Positions 12,403 through 27,276 of a DNA stretch of 64,000 nucleotides are shown piece by piece. This DNA is from the human T2T-CHM13v2.0 reference genome, Homo sapiens: assembly GCF_009914755.1 (NCBI RefSeq), contig NC_060942.1; one strand, 5' to 3'. The translations under genes were made by a program, and so were the position numbers. The notes beneath the pieces are model-generated. The model searched no databases. It worked only from the letters and a program-made list of their open reading frames with translations, and was not told the origin of the DNA. Each line of letters opens with the position of its first letter. Positions within the stretch are counted from its first letter, which is position 1.

Positions 12403-14204
12403 TAGAGAGAGAGAAAAATAAGTGCCAGCAATAAGAAAGAATCATTTATGTCAAGAGGACTGGGGAGTTATGAGGGGTCAAATTTCCAGGCAGATGGAAT
12501 AAAATATTTTAGAAAATATTACTTATCATTCATCTTATATGATTGTGATGTGATGTACTCAATCTCAATTATAGAATGACTAATAGAATATTTTGACTCA
12601 CTTTCAATACATGTATATAAAAATTATTTTTACATTTCCAATATAAATAAATTGATTTTCAGTATGGGACATTTGTGGATTTAACAGTGGTTAAACCTTT
12701 GGCCATCTATTTCCTATCTTTGACTAATTAATGCGTTACTATCGGTACATTACTTTTACTAGTATCTGTCTAGAACTTTCACTAAGTTTATATCCTTCCT
12801 AAGTCAATTAAACATTCAAATTTGGGGGGAGGTCAAGAACATAAGGTAATTCAGAACCAAACAAAAGTGCCAGAAATAACCTATATAGACACATGAGAAG
12901 AAAGATATAAGCCATTTCACTTATAAAATGTGTCATCTGTGTGACAGCTAGGACATTATAAAGGACACTCACTATTCAATCAGTTTTACATGTGTCTAAT
13001 CTTCATTTCAGCTTTTGTTAATTTACATGAACCAAATATCCTCAACCAATATTTATTTACAGAAGGCAGGGATGCTTACATATTTAACGTGCCTCTTTCT
13101 TGAACAATTAAGGTTAAAACCAAAAATATAGCAACACTCTAGTATTCTGTGGACTGACTCAAACATTTTGCTTTGAGCTAAGGGTACAACAATGTTGATT
13201 TAACAATGTCTACTTAAATAGACTGAAGGTTTTACTTTCATCGGCCTGAATTGCAAAGAATTATAAGAGGCAATGAGAACTTTCTTTCAGGTATATCTCA
13301 CAAGGATATTCTAACATCTTTTTTTACCCCTTGCTATTAAAGTTCTTGTCTGAGCGGCACCAAAGCCAGGCTTGTTCATTGCGTTCTCTAAATTGTGTCC
13401 TTATTGCAGACCTCATCTGTGTTTGTGCTTCTTTCTCTTTGAGGTATGTGTTCATTTATGCTTTCAAATAGATTACTCAATGGGCAGCAGGGAGCTGAGG
13501 TTTCTCTAGCAGTGACAGATCGTTTCTTGGAAAGAAGAGACTGATTCTCTCCAGGGCAAGCAGATGGTCACACCCCTAGAAGGTTCCACAGAGATTCACC
13601 TCTGTCATGCAAAATTTCTCTGACAAGTGGGAAGAGAAAGGTGGGAAAAGGAAGGTAAGGCAAAGACAATTCTTATTCCCTTTGTTTAAGATGTCATCAA
13701 AATAGCCTGCATCCTGGAAGAACTCATTGAAGTAGGCACTAGTAAAAATCATGGTAAAACTCAAAAATAAAAGGACACATGGTGATTTCTTAATACCGCA
13801 GGCATTCTAGAACAAAGCAGCTTTGCCTTCAGACTAAAAGGTTGTGATTTTAGCAGAAGCAATTTTATTTCTATTGCATCTCCACATGTAAGACGTATGG
13901 AAACAGTAGGAAAGAATTACGGAAAAAATAAGATAAGTGACACTTCAAGAATTTCCAAATAATCACCTTCTGGGACAGCTAGGCTGTGAAGTGAAATAAA
14001 ACCAGAGGAGGGTATATCTTGCATGCTACTAGAGATACATTTTTGACAGTTATCAATTCGGCAATACAACAATTTATTTGATTTCCATTTCACTCTACGA
14101 TTCTCGGATGCCAACCAATTGTCAGGCACTGGGTTAGGCATCAGCAGAATATAGAGCCTAGCGCTAACAGACCTTCGTTCAATTATCAGCTCCACCCATG
14201 GTAG

Positions 14205-14556
<352 letters not shown>

Positions 14557-14989
14557 TGATATCACTTTCTACATAGGATGAGCATGAGGTTAAAATGAGA
14601 TTATTTACATAATGTGCCTAGTGTATACTAAGCACTCAATAAAATATACTCACTATTATTTATTACTACTAGCATCATTATTACAGAAATACAAGTTTGT
14701 AGAAAATACGCCCTATGCTACAATTAATAACCTAGTGGGAGATCAAAATACAGTAACAGGTATCTATAATGCAATGCAGTAGATTACCTGGGGTTACATA
14801 GATGTGTAGAGTACTAGACATATAGACTAGATATACTGACTACTATTAAAACAGAAAGGACAAAGAATGAGAAAGTGGTAAAAGTAGCTTCACACCTCTT
14901 TTCAAAACCTAAAGCTAGAATATTTCTGCTGAAGGTTTGAATTTAAAAAGAAAAAAAAGTTAATGTCCTCATATACCAGGAATCTATCA

Positions 14990-15265
14990 GAGCACAGTAA
15001 TTCAATCCTCCTGATCTGGTTCTATTTTTATTTATAGCTGTTATTCCTTTCTAACACTCTAAAAGAAACGCATTATGTTTATTATCTCTATTTTCTCCGA
15101 CTGGGACGTATGCTCCATGGCTCCACAAGGGCATGCCTTTGTCTTCTGTTGATGTTCTTGCTCGGGGCTGAACTCAAAGCACCTAGAATAGTGCTTGGCA
15201 CATAGTAGTCATTCAATAAATCGGTTTTGGTTGAACAAATAAGTGAAGGAATGAATGAATGGATT
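14990..15265. mobile_element. L2 3' end
   Basis: GCACCTAGAATAGTGCTTGGCACATAGTAG...TCAATAAAT followed by a (TGAA)n tail. Confidence 0.75.
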
Positions 15266-17019
15266 GACAATGGCCATTCTCCAATAGCGGACATCTTCAG
15301 AATGTGAAATACATAGAAAAATTTGTCAAAAACTGCCAAAGTTGAAAAGAATACATTTCTGTCTATAACTCCTAACTTAATGAAATCTGATTTATAAATA
15401 GTCTACATATCTTGGTTCTCAATGCAGAACATAAGGATAACTGAACAGAAGGACAACTGAACTATCCTTTCCTTCCTTTGTTCCAGTAGTCAAATAAAGG
15501 GAAGTTTACATAAATGTAGCTACTTAGCAATTATTAGTGGCCATGAATAAGCTCTGTTTGCTCCCACTTCCCCTCACCAGTTCTGTTCCTGGATCAAGGC
15601 ACACTCATGCAGGAGGAGCTGCTGATGGCTGAGCATCATCTAGCACCAACCATTGGCAGAGCCAGGGAGTTCTGTTTCTGCAGCAGAAGGGATGGCATGT
15701 GTTCCTGGTTAAAATTTAGAATTCATTTTTTCATAAATATAGGGTCCTAAACATGGTTTTCATTAGAGTAATACTATTTAGTTTACAGAAAATGGGTCAA
15801 AAGACTCTAGAAGTCATTAAGTTAGAAGCCAGTCACTACCGTGTAGCACAATTTCCATGGGAAAATACTGTTCAGTGTCCAAACGTATTCAGTTAACAAA
15901 TACACCTTTGGAACACAACCTATCTGTAAATTGGTATTGCTGATATTTAAATTGTATTAAGTGTGTGTTTATCAGCTCTCTTCGGAGCAACTCAAGTCAC
16001 TTTAGATATGCCAATATGGCTACCCAAAAGGGATCTGTAAGAAAATAAAGACATGAGAAAAAGCTTTCTGTCTTTTATTCTAGGTTTTAAACCTAAACCA
16101 CAAGATGTGAAATACTGTGTTACCGTAACAATAAAGAAAACTACAAAACCCAAATTACTTGGATATAACTGCCCAGAAACCTTTCCCTTAGTGAAAACCA
16201 GTGGAATGTTCCCACCTAATCAATCAGTAAAGTGTTCCAGTTATGTTTTGCACATGTGCTCAGCTACTGATCCCTTCTTCTAAGGAAAGAAACTGGGTTA
16301 ACCGAACACACACAATAGAGAGGCAGAAGATAAGCCCCAGATGGCAGAGAAGGTGAATGCAATTGGAAGACAGGTGCACTCCACCTGCCGGTGTGCAGCT
16401 AACTTAGAGCCCACTGTGACCACGAGGGAGACACTCCTCTTTAAGGATCAGGGCATGACTGCTTTTCAGTGTTGCCTCTTCATTTTTTTCCCCATATCCC
16501 ATCTCACCTTAAGAAATATGTATTCTGAGCAGAGTAAATTAAAACTTACATTTTGAATGTTGCTATAGATGCACTGAATTGTTTCATGAGAATATCTTCT
16601 CATCAACACAATTAAATCTTCCTTGGGGAGAGAGTCATGATTTTGATTTCCTTTGTAATCTCCTCACAGCATATGCTGCCATATCAGGCAGGACTGGGCT
16701 GAGGGACTATGAGCCTCTACTCATTATAGGAACAGCACATACAGCCTACATGCAGTGCAATACTGAGAGCTGTATCCTGCATGAGTACAAAGTCCAGGTT
16801 GCTCAGTAAATATCAGCTATTCTTAAACTTGTTCAGCAAGTTGCTGTCAGTGTCATCAAATGAATGATAAAGGAACATGAAATAATAAGACAGGGATTTT
16901 TCAGCAGCAGCAGAAAAATATATCATGACTAGACAAGTAATTTTTAAATTCTTTACTTGGTAGTACTTTGATGTAAAAAGATGGTTGGCAGATCGGTTTT
17001 TGCAGAAAAAAAATATACA

Positions 17020-17230
17020 GTATGGTTAATAGCACTTACTAATTGCTCACCATGAACCCAACTTTGAACTAGATACTTCACATAAGGTGACTCATTTAAG
17101 CCTTTCAAAAACTTTGATATGTAAGACGAATTATCCTTATTTTTCAGATGAGAAAACTGGACTCAGTAAAATTAATTTGTCCAAAGTCGTCTAGCTAGTT
17201 AGATGAATCATGATAGTAGAATCTGGATTG
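17020..17230. mobile_element. MIR
   Basis: Core TTTTCAGATGAGAAAACTGGACTCAG...TTTGTCCAAAGTC. Confidence 0.7.
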
Positions 17231-17556
17231 TGAAGGCAGTAACACTTCCCATCTGGAACACAGAAGCAACTACTAGTATCATGAATCTGTTGACTATCTT
17301 CCAACAGGTAACTCCTTAATTAGCACCTCAAATGTTATCATTTCATAAATTCGAGTTTAATATTTTCCAAGTTGCTTATGGGCTATGTCCAATATCATCT
17401 CAAAAATCAATATAACCAAAATATAGCTCAATTACTACAAATCAGTTCCCTATTCCAAATGCTTAGATGTTCCAGTAATGTCACTACTCCCAATATCTTT
17501 ACACTCCAAATCTCTATTCACCCTATTCCCTCTCTAATAACTAATTACCAATCATC

Positions 17557-17865
17557 TTTTTTTTTTTTATTATACTTTAAGTTTTAGGGTACATGTGCAC
17601 CTTATGCAGGTTAGTTACATACGTATACATGTGCCATGCTGGTGCGCTGCACCCACTAACTCGTCATCTAGCATTAGGTATATCTCCCAATGCTATCCCT
17701 CCCCCCTCCCCCCACCCCACCACAGTCCCCAGAGTATGATATTCCCCTTCCTGTGTCCATGTGATCTCAATGTTCAATTCCCACCTATGAGTGAGAATAT
17801 GCGGTGTTTGGTTTTTTGTTCTTGCGATAGTTTACTGAGAATGATGATTTCCAATTTCATCCATG
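17557..17865 (-). mobile_element. 5'-truncated young L1 (L1PA2-type) 3' end, ~310 bp
   Basis: Poly(T) then TATTATACTTTAAGTTTTAGGGTACATGTGCAC; diagnostic GACGAGTTAG (GAG, not the L1HS-Ta ACA); TSD CCAATCATC at 17548-17556 and 17866-17874. Confidence 0.95.
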
Positions 17866-18700
17866 CCAATCATCAAGAAAGCAGCTGCTACCCCTTGAAA
17901 AGTCACTCTACTAGCTACTGGGCTCAAGCCTATGAGACATGCAAAAAACATCAGCTAATTCACTACTTAAAAGAGCTTAAAATCTCAGAATATTCACATA
18001 AAATGTTAAAAATGTGAATATTATAATAAAGTAAGTAATCCAGATAAATGCAACTGGAATTCAGAGAAGAGTTTACCCTCAGCTGAGTAGTCATAAAATG
18101 TGTGCTGTGAGAGGTGAGATTTGGCTGGGCCTTGAAGGATACAAAGGACATTAAAACAATTATTTTAAAAGAAATCCTTCCTCCTGGTAAAACAGTCAAC
18201 TAGATAGAAGGACAGAAAGGGAAAGAAAACCCCTGAGGCTCCTTGTCCTAGTCTCTAGGAGCAGCCACTGTTAACAATTCATCAAGTAGATGGAGCTTGA
18301 GTACATGCAAATAAACAAAGAGGAAAAATAGCTGGAACAGCAGAGCCCTGACAAACAGGAGTGGTCATGGTGGAGGCTGATGCAAGAGATTATTAGGAAA
18401 TGAGGGTAAGCAATGATGAGAACCAACTGTGTCTTCACACACTCGTCCCACTGACACATCTGAAGGCCAACCACGTTCTAGGCATACTCGGGTCTGGAGT
18501 AGGCAGGGGAATACTAGCGAATGGGATTGTTGCTCTTTTGGGGGGCTCCAGGACAAAGTTTGAGGAGTTTCATGATGACCTCAAGAGCATTTTAGAAAAG
18601 TAAATTTTGATGTGAGTTTAATCAGATCCTAGAGATTAGACATCCCATTAAGAAGCTGCTATGTATTCCAGGCATAAAATGATGAAGTTGTGAAGTCAAG

Positions 18701-18724
18701 CAGCAGCAGCAGCAGCAGCAGCAG
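18701..18724. repeat. (CAG)8 / (CTG)8 trinucleotide repeat
   Basis: Direct reading. Confidence 0.95.
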
Positions 18725-18819
18725 AACTCATACAGTACAACCACCTTGCTCTCTAACGTAATGAGTAAGAAATTAAGACTAAGAGAGGATGGGTGTTTTG
18801 CCTAAATTTAGAATGTAAT

Positions 18820-19935
18820 TAAAGGCTTTATAAAATAACTATGGATATAAAAGTCTTGAAGAACTAAATAATAATATCTTTGTCATTTCAGAATTGGAAA
18901 ACATTTCTCAAACATATCTTATTGGTACCATAAAGAGAATTTAAAATGCAACTATTTTAAATTTAAACATAATCTTTTCATCCAGAGACATCATAAAAAT
19001 GAGAAGACAAGCCACCAACTGAGTGGAGATAACTGAAATGCCTATTACAGAACAAAACTCTGGTATCCAGAATATATAAACAGCTCTTACAAATCAATAA
19101 GTTTAACAAAAAGAAGTAGGAGAGTGGGGAACATGTATGAATAAGGAATCCACAGCAACTAGAATATTAATAAAGAGAGGGAATAAATCATCAACATTAC
19201 CAGGAGACATGGAAGAACAAATTAAAACTACAATGAGATATCATTTCATATCCATAAGATTGGCCAAAAATAAAATGTATCACCAAGTGTTGACAAGGAT
19301 ATAAAACAAAAGGTGTTCTTATAGATTGCTGTTGGGATCATAAATAGGTACAACCATTTTTGGTAATTTGCATTATCTGCTAGATGTGAAGATACGACTA
19401 TTACCCTACTGCAATCCCCCTCCACCCTAATCAGAGTCCCCTTTGTTAGCACAAGGTGATGTACACGTGAATGTTCACATCAGCCTTATTTGGAAACATC
19501 TTAAATGTCCATCAACAAAGATTGATACCTTTATCATGATACAGTTCTACAATGGAATACCATATATCAGTAAAAATGAATAAATCAGATCTACATGTCA
19601 TCAAAATACTGAACAATTACAGTAAGGTAAAGAAGACTACAAGAGCATTATTACTACTTATAAATAGTCTAAAAAAGCAAAACAAGACTATATTGCTTAG
19701 GTACACATACATACATAGCAAAGAATAAGGAAATGCATGCATAAGAACAATAAACACAAAACTCAGTGGGCTGAGTCCCTCTGAGGGAAGACATGAAGAG
19801 TACACTGAAGTCTCAACAGTGTATGCAATGATTTATTTCACCATCTGGGTGGTGGACACAAAGGGGTTTATAATATTATTTAATTTTTGGTGTTCCTGAA
19901 ATATTTCACAGGAATTTTTAATGAATAATAAAGAA
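18820..19935 (+). mobile_element. Old L1M (L1ME-like) ORF2 end/3'UTR
   Basis: AAAATGAGAAGACAAGCCAC, TATCCAGAATATATAAA, TCTTACAAATCAATAAG, ATTAAAACTACAATGAGATATCA. Confidence 0.7.
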
Positions 19936-21794
19936 TTAAAAAGAATGTGTGACACAGGTACAGAGTAAAAGAGAAAGGAAAGAGTCAAATATTGCTTGAA
20001 AATTTTTCAAAATATTTACTCCCATTTCTACTTCCCTGGACTTGATTCCCAATAATGTAAGCCTCACTAAAACAGCCTCTTCATGCTTCTCTCTGTCCCA
20101 GTCTGGTGTTAGACCCATCTACTCCTATCAGTCCAAGAGGCCACTTCTTCACGTCACTGCCTATTCAGAATCTGTCAGTGGTTCCTATCAAATCTAAACA
20201 TTCTTGTATAGCCATTAATGACCCTCTCAATCAAATTCATCTTCAGGTCTAATTAAAGTGGAGGAACTGGAGGAGAGAACCATCTTCTGGACCAGGAACA
20301 TGCCAAGTTCATTTGCACCTCCACGTCTATGCAAATGTTTTCTCTATCTGAAAGTCGGTCCTTCTTCCTATGTAAGTCTTACAAATCCATGAAAATCTAG
20401 CTTCAGATCTTCCCTATTGGAAGCATTCCAAAATGATCTCATTCTCTGTTGAGCCCCTACTCCTACAGAAAAGCCCAAAATAAGTACATTTGAGCACCAG
20501 TTTCATTCTGTAACCCATTATTACTAATTATTTCCTACATTTTAATCGTATTCTTTGTATTACATTTCAAGCTACCCAAGGAGTTTAACTAGGTCTTGCT
20601 CTTCTATATTCTTCACAGTAATAAGTACCCAGGAGATGTTACAAATATTTTTTGTTTGCCCATACTTGGAAAGGCTGGATATATACCTACCAAAATACCT
20701 GACATCTATCATCAAGATCCCTTAGGATTCATATCATCAAAGCAGAGTGTTTTCAATTATCTATAAAGCACATGCAAATCTAGAGGAATTATTATGCACC
20801 ATAGTTTATAAAAACATGGTGCATGTTCGCATTCTGTCTCACCATTCCTCACAGGCCATTCGAAGCTGAATGGTAGATGTGGTATCTACAGCAGGGTGCC
20901 ACATGGAAGGTTAACATATCCCCAAGGCTGGCCCACCTCACCACATCATTCCAGTAGTTCAGAAGCAGATAGTAGAACAGAATACACTACATGTCTGGCC
21001 AGAAACAAAACTAGTATAAAAAATTCATGAAAATACCTAGAAGGCTGTGATTCCACATCAGTAAAGATGTTAGATTCCAGTCTCCCCTGTGAGAGCCAAC
21101 CCACATCTACGTACCTACATAGAGATCAGCCTCAAGCAAGAAAGGCAGTTGTAGCTGCTTCTCTGCCTCCCACAACACTTTCCACCTCATCCCTGTGATC
21201 TGATTTATTCTTTGAGTCCTTGGTGAACTTTTGCTTTCTTCCACTTACAAACCACATAGGGGCCACTGTCTCTGGTCTCCCTTGAGCTTCTGGTCTCCTA
21301 GAGGGAGACAGGCATATACGCAGAAAATGAAAAACAAAACTAGGTTATAATTACGTATCAGACTCAATGGAGACACAAAAAGGAGAACTCAATGTAAGAG
21401 GTGAGGGGTAGGAAAGAAGTTTATGCTAAGCCTTAAAGGGTCAGAATAAAGTAAGACAATTAATCTACTAATATGTTAATTTTGAATAAGAAGGAGGAGG
21501 AAGAAGAGGGAACAGGAGTTTGTTTTTTCTTTGCTTCCTTTTTAAAATCCTTATTGTATTTCAAAACCTTACCTCTGCTTGCCAGCAGAGTGCATGTTGC
21601 CTAGTTGGGAAATGTAGCACTGCGTAGCCCATCACCTTATATTCAGGCTGGGATCAGCTCAGTGTTTACCAGGTATTAACAGAGTAAACTTAGGACCAAA
21701 GAACACAGCATCTGACATTGCAAAGAAGTGCCATGCAAAAGCTGTGTAACACCATCCTCAGAGTTATGGCCCTTATGCACTAAGAATACAGATG

Positions 21795-22110
21795 TGCATT
21801 CACTTGTTTATTCATTCACTCAACCAATGTTTACCCACCATTTATTAAGTGCCAGGTGCTGTGCTAGGCATCAGTGATATTTGGTGAACATTCTATATTT
21901 AGTTCTTGATCTCACGGAATGCACAGTTCAGTGGGGAAAGCAATCTGACACTCACAAGTCAACACATCATTATTGACCGTAAAAGGACCATGAAAAAGGA
22001 ATAAAGTGCTAAAACAGCATTCAGCTGGAGACCTTCCCTGATTAAATGACTTTTCAGCTGAAGTCCAGGAAAGAGGGAACAATGTAAGAAACAGCATTCC
22101 AAGGAGAGGG
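21795..22110. mobile_element. L2 3' end
   Basis: ATTCATTCACTCAACCAATGTTTA...TGCCAGGTGCTGTGCTAGGCA. Confidence 0.65.
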
Positions 22111-25100
22111 GGAAAGATTTCTTAGCCTGCTCCATAGAAGCTCTAGAATCAAGTGAGTCTTATCTGAACTACCTAGGCAAGGATTCACAGGAAAGACTTC
22201 CAAATGCATTACCACTTCAAGATTCCCCTGCTGACCCTCCCAAACTCTAAACGGAAAGCACATCCTAATTTGAAAGGATGAAAAGGTGACTTTGCCTTCT
22301 GGGTTAATGTCTACACGAAAATAGCTTTGAAGAGAGTGAATGTGCCTTGTCTTTTTGCTAGTATAGTATGATGAATCATATCAAAGAATGGTTGTTTGCA
22401 AAGTCTGAGACAAGATCAAAATGCCATTTTCCTCTGAAACTGCAGCATGTGTTTTGTAAAGAAATCTTAGTGATATCTAGCAGGGAAATTTGCAGTCCAG
22501 AAATAGACTCCACACTGATTTCTACTGAAATTGAAACCAAGAAAGAAGGGGTATCCAGGGAAAGGGTGTAATCATGAGGTTAGAATGAGGGTTAGTGCCA
22601 GTCCTCCTATCACATACTCAGATGTTCTCCAGTAGTAGAATTAAAACAGCAAGTTACTCTAGCAGATGTTTTCAAATTAGCTAAAACCGTGTCACCAGAG
22701 TAAAGCAGCAAAGCTGGAAATGTGCCCAGAGAGACCTTCCCACAAGCCGCCTGAGGGAGCCATTTAAATGTCTCTGAGCCCTCCTAGTGCAGAGATTCAG
22801 ATGCAAGGCTAGGGAGATAAGCAAGTCACAGCACAATGTCTCCTCATCCAAATGCTTATCCATGGCTTCAGTAAGACCACAACTCTGCTGAATATTAAGA
22901 AAACCTGGCAAGATTGAGCAGTTCCAAATCACACACTTTGTGGTTTGCTGTTGTGCTGTTGCTTACAAATCTGATAAGAAAACATTGAGAGAAGACAGAG
23001 AAATTGTCAATGGCAACAGATGAGCAAACCATGATAAGTGAATATGAAAATGAACAGTTTGGTTGCTGGCAAATCCTAGGGAGAGGGAGGAAGGTGGTTT
23101 GCATCTTCATAACATATTCAGAACACTGATATCTAGTTCACAATTAGATATCCAGTGGGACAATCACATCCCAGCTATGCTGGTTGTCTATCCAAGAAAA
23201 AGTCCAAGGATCTGAGCCAAATATCTGTGGATATAGATCCACAGGGCTTCCTTTTGCATGAGCTGGTTTTCCTAAGTGGGATGTTACTTGCTGCCCAGTA
23301 ATCATTAACTCCTATAGGAGGGAGAAAATAATAAAGCAACCAGGAAAAATCTTAAGTCAATAATGGATGAAGATAACCCTGTTTCTCACTTATACAACAG
23401 CTATCTGTCCCCTACCATTTACTAGAGAGAAGGATGGGAAATGGTTGGGTCAACACGGCTCCTGTGCAATACCAACCTCTGTACAATCAGACTAAAGAAC
23501 AGAAGACCTCAAAGGGATGTCATTCACCTTTTTAACTGCCTTATAATCACACCTCATTTTTTTCTTGTTCTCAATCACATGTTTTGCTCTGTAGGTGTGT
23601 GTTTGGCAGGGTTACAGGGAAAGGTGTAGCAAATATACAGTATACAGCATTGTATAAGCTAAATAGTTACATCTTAGAAGCAAAAGAACTGGTACCTGGT
23701 ATCTCATACAATCGGTTATCTGTGGGTGTCTAATAGATTAAAATGAATGTCAGAAGACTATTTCTAAATCCTCCTCTGTGGTAATGCAATGTTTTAGATC
23801 TTCCTAGGAACAGCATCTTTGGCAATTCCTGATAGACCACACAACTAGAGAAAGTCACCTTCATCGGGCAGTAACAAGAATCGAGCTACAAATTCTCATG
23901 CTTCGGAAAAAAGAAAGAAAAAACATCTTTTGAGGGACACTGTAGTTATTCCTCTCTGAAAATAGAGAACTAGTAGCACTTAGGATCTTAGGAAATAAAA
24001 CAGCTCAAGATATGGGATGTTTTTGAACATTCAGGTGTTTCAACAACAACATAAAGATTTTTCTACAATGCTAGCAAAGTATCTTTTTGTGATAGTGTTT
24101 CTTTAAAATAAAAAAAATGTACAAAAGACCAACATACCACAGACATAGGCATAGATTATAACTATGAGAAGTGAGGATTGGGGAAACGTGTTTAGGTTTT
24201 TCAAGAGTCTTTTTAGCCTTCTTATTTCAATGGTGTTCCTGTACCAGGGGAAATATAATTACCAATGGAAAAAGAGAAAATAAACAAAATAACCTAAAAT
24301 TGTATCATTTTCTTAATTTAAGAAAAGAGAGGTAAGTGTGATTTCTATAGAGATGAAATCTACATAAAAGTAGATTTTAATTGGATGCTTCCTGAGAGGA
24401 AACCAATTTCCTCTCCTCTGATAAACAGTGGAGCAATTTGTGGGAATGGTCATGAAGGTAACATGAATTTGAGCTGATCATAGAAATTTCACTATAGAAA
24501 TACACATTAGATAACATTTTACTATTATCTCTGAATTTGAAATATTACGAGATCAGAATCAAAACACTGAATTCTTTGTTTCTGAAAGAGTTGATGTTCA
24601 AAGAATATGGTATTCATCTCGATTAAGTTGTAGATGAAACTATTACTTTGCTGCATATTAGTGAATATTGCTCATATTCACTAAAATGAGTACTTTGTAA
24701 AACAAGTCCCCCTCTTCCAAGTTTTAATTTTATATTTAAAAAAAATCAATCTAAATGGCTATATGGAACAAAGGCACACATATTTAATAGAGTTAACTCA
24801 AAGTGCATGCAGTTTCTATTCCCAAATTGGGTTGAATAGGACACTTAAGCTTAGAAGGATTTAAAAAGTAGAACACTACAATTAGTTTTAGGCTATTTCT
24901 CTATATGCGCTACATAATATTTTGGAAGGAAGGTCTTGTCTCCATTTGCTTTCACTAATCGCTAATATGCTTTTACTGGGTTTTTAGTCCTGGCAGAACA
25001 AAGCTTATGTTGATGGAGAAATTAAAGATGCTAAACCATGAAAATTCCCTCCTAGGGAAAACTCATATACTCATTATTTCCCCAAAGCACAATTGCTTGT

Positions 25101-26665
25101 GTGAGATTTAAGAAGCCTTGTCAGAAAATTATTTTGACATATTTAAAAGAATGTTAACCAGTTCCTTTTGCCCATATTTATATTGCCTGTAATGTTTGAG
25201 ATAAAGTATTGTATTTGCAGACTAATCTTAGAATGAAATATAGAGAAATAGATAGCTATAAATTTAAAAAAATCTATGTATGCAAGTACATTCTTCTTTA
25301 CTCACACAAGGTAACTAACATTTTCTCTTAAGTAAATTAGTTTTTTAAAAATTCACAGAATTTTATATCTGCGACTAGGGGTATTGCAAGGCACTAACCA
25401 ACTGAAACAACTTTACATTTAAGTACTAAATCTAAAGGAAATTAAGAACAGGGCTACTGACACCTGACTTCTATGAACTTTCTTGTTTCATGCCAGAGTA
25501 TGAATTTTCTGAACCAAGGGTAGCGTTTATAACTTAAACTTTTTAAAATCATACATTTTGCATAGACATATTCATTATTTCTTTATAGGCTTGAATTTCC
25601 TTTTAAAAACTTAAAGAAAACTTTATATTCTTCTGGCATGAAATAAATTAGGATCTTGTAAAATTTCTTGCCTCCATGTCATTTCCGTTCAAGTTTTATT
25701 CAAGGAATAAAAAGTATTGCTTTATATGCAAAATGACCTAGGCCAATAGAAAGTCGCTTCCTGAACTGAAATCGTGCTATAAATAACAGTCAAAGGGCTG
25801 TTCTTTTTAGAACAGCTCTTTCAGGGTAAAAAATAATTTGCAGGATGTTTGCCTTAGGACCTAAAATCGCTTTCCTAGTTCTCAGCATTTCTCATCTCCA
25901 TGTCTAACCACATCTTAGACTGATCTATCCTCACCTTCTACGAAGCCATTCACGAAGACCACAAAAGCTAAAAGATCTGTCTTTAATTGGTACTTTTATT
26001 ATATGTCTTTCCTCGTAATTCCCTAACTTCACGTGTTATGGAAGGAGGCAGGGAGCATTCACCTCCCACGACCGGGAGTCAGTCTCTGTGTCAGGAGTAA
26101 GGAGTGAAGAGTGTCGCCTGGATCCACAAAAGACGTGACATCTCCCACCCAGCGTCCCACTCCTTGCCGCCTGGCTACCTTTAACCCCTTGCCCTCCGCA
26201 CATCCTCCCCTTCTCTAGCAGAAAATTCCGCAGCGCTACGGTCGGGCTGGAGGCAAGCCCTGCAGCCGGGGGCGAGCGCGGCACTCGGACACAGGCACTC
26301 AGTGTCTCCGGCGCCGGCAGCCGAGCCACGGGCCACCCCTTCCCACGGCCTCCCGGTGCCACCCAGCGAGGCCGGGACAGCGCGCCTTCCGCAAAAAGCG
26401 CAGCAGCCGAAGTCCTGAAAGCAGGGTCTTCATCGCCGCGGGCCCTCCGAAGGTGCCTCTCCCAGCTGCAGCCGCCCCTCAATGAAAGTGCAATGTGTTA
26501 TCTCGCCCAGCCCAGAGGAGAGGTCCCTGTTTGGCCTTGGTTCCAGCCCGGCTCATTCAATTCGCTGAATGTCGGGTCTCCCGGCCCGCCCCGCGATTCT
26601 CCGGGAATTGGCCTTGGCCGCGGGCAGGGGGCGACTCTCCAGTGACCTCCTCCTTGGACCCCATT

Positions 26666-26667
26666 TC

Positions 26668-26698
<31 letters not shown>
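26666..26698. repeat. (CT)n microsatellite inside the CpG island
   Basis: Direct reading. Confidence 0.9.
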
Positions 26699-27276
26699 GT
26701 GCCTGTCTTTGTGTCTCTGTTTCTTTGGCTTTCTCTTACAAACGCACGGGGGAGTTGGTCCTTTTCCACAATGCCAAAATGTCACCCAAAAAGCTAGTGC
26801 AACAACTTGCTTTGCAAACGACCCAGGAGCCTGCCGAGAAAGCCCTGCGGGGAGCAGCCCCCTCCTCCCCTGCAAGGTGCATCGGGGGTGGGGTGGGGGT
26901 GCGAATTTGACCGGTGGACATGACCGGGACAGGGGACCGGTGTTCTCCTCCCCTCCCCCTTCCGGGACCCTGTCGCAATTAGAAATCCTTCCCCTGCCTG
27001 GGTCCCCGTGGGGAGCCGCGAGGACCGCATGGCCGGAGAGGACGCGCTCGCCCCCGAGATCCCAGGTTACCCGGAGGGCCCGGGAGTGCACCCCGGGCGG
27101 CTGAAAGGGTAAGGAGCGCGGACTCTCGAGCCAGCGGCCGGGAGAGCCCAGCCCGCAGCCCCTCCGCGGGCGAGGGAAGCGGCGACCGCGCGGCAGGCAG
27201 CAGCCAGGAGCCACCCAGCGCGCCGCGACCGCCGCCGCCGCGCACGCCCCAGCCCCGCGGCGCAGCCCGGCGTTAC

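Noticed and set aside
21565-21790. Minus-strand donor GAG|GTAAGG near 21570 as an internal exon of the CpG-island gene
   Set aside because: No convincing matching acceptor found.
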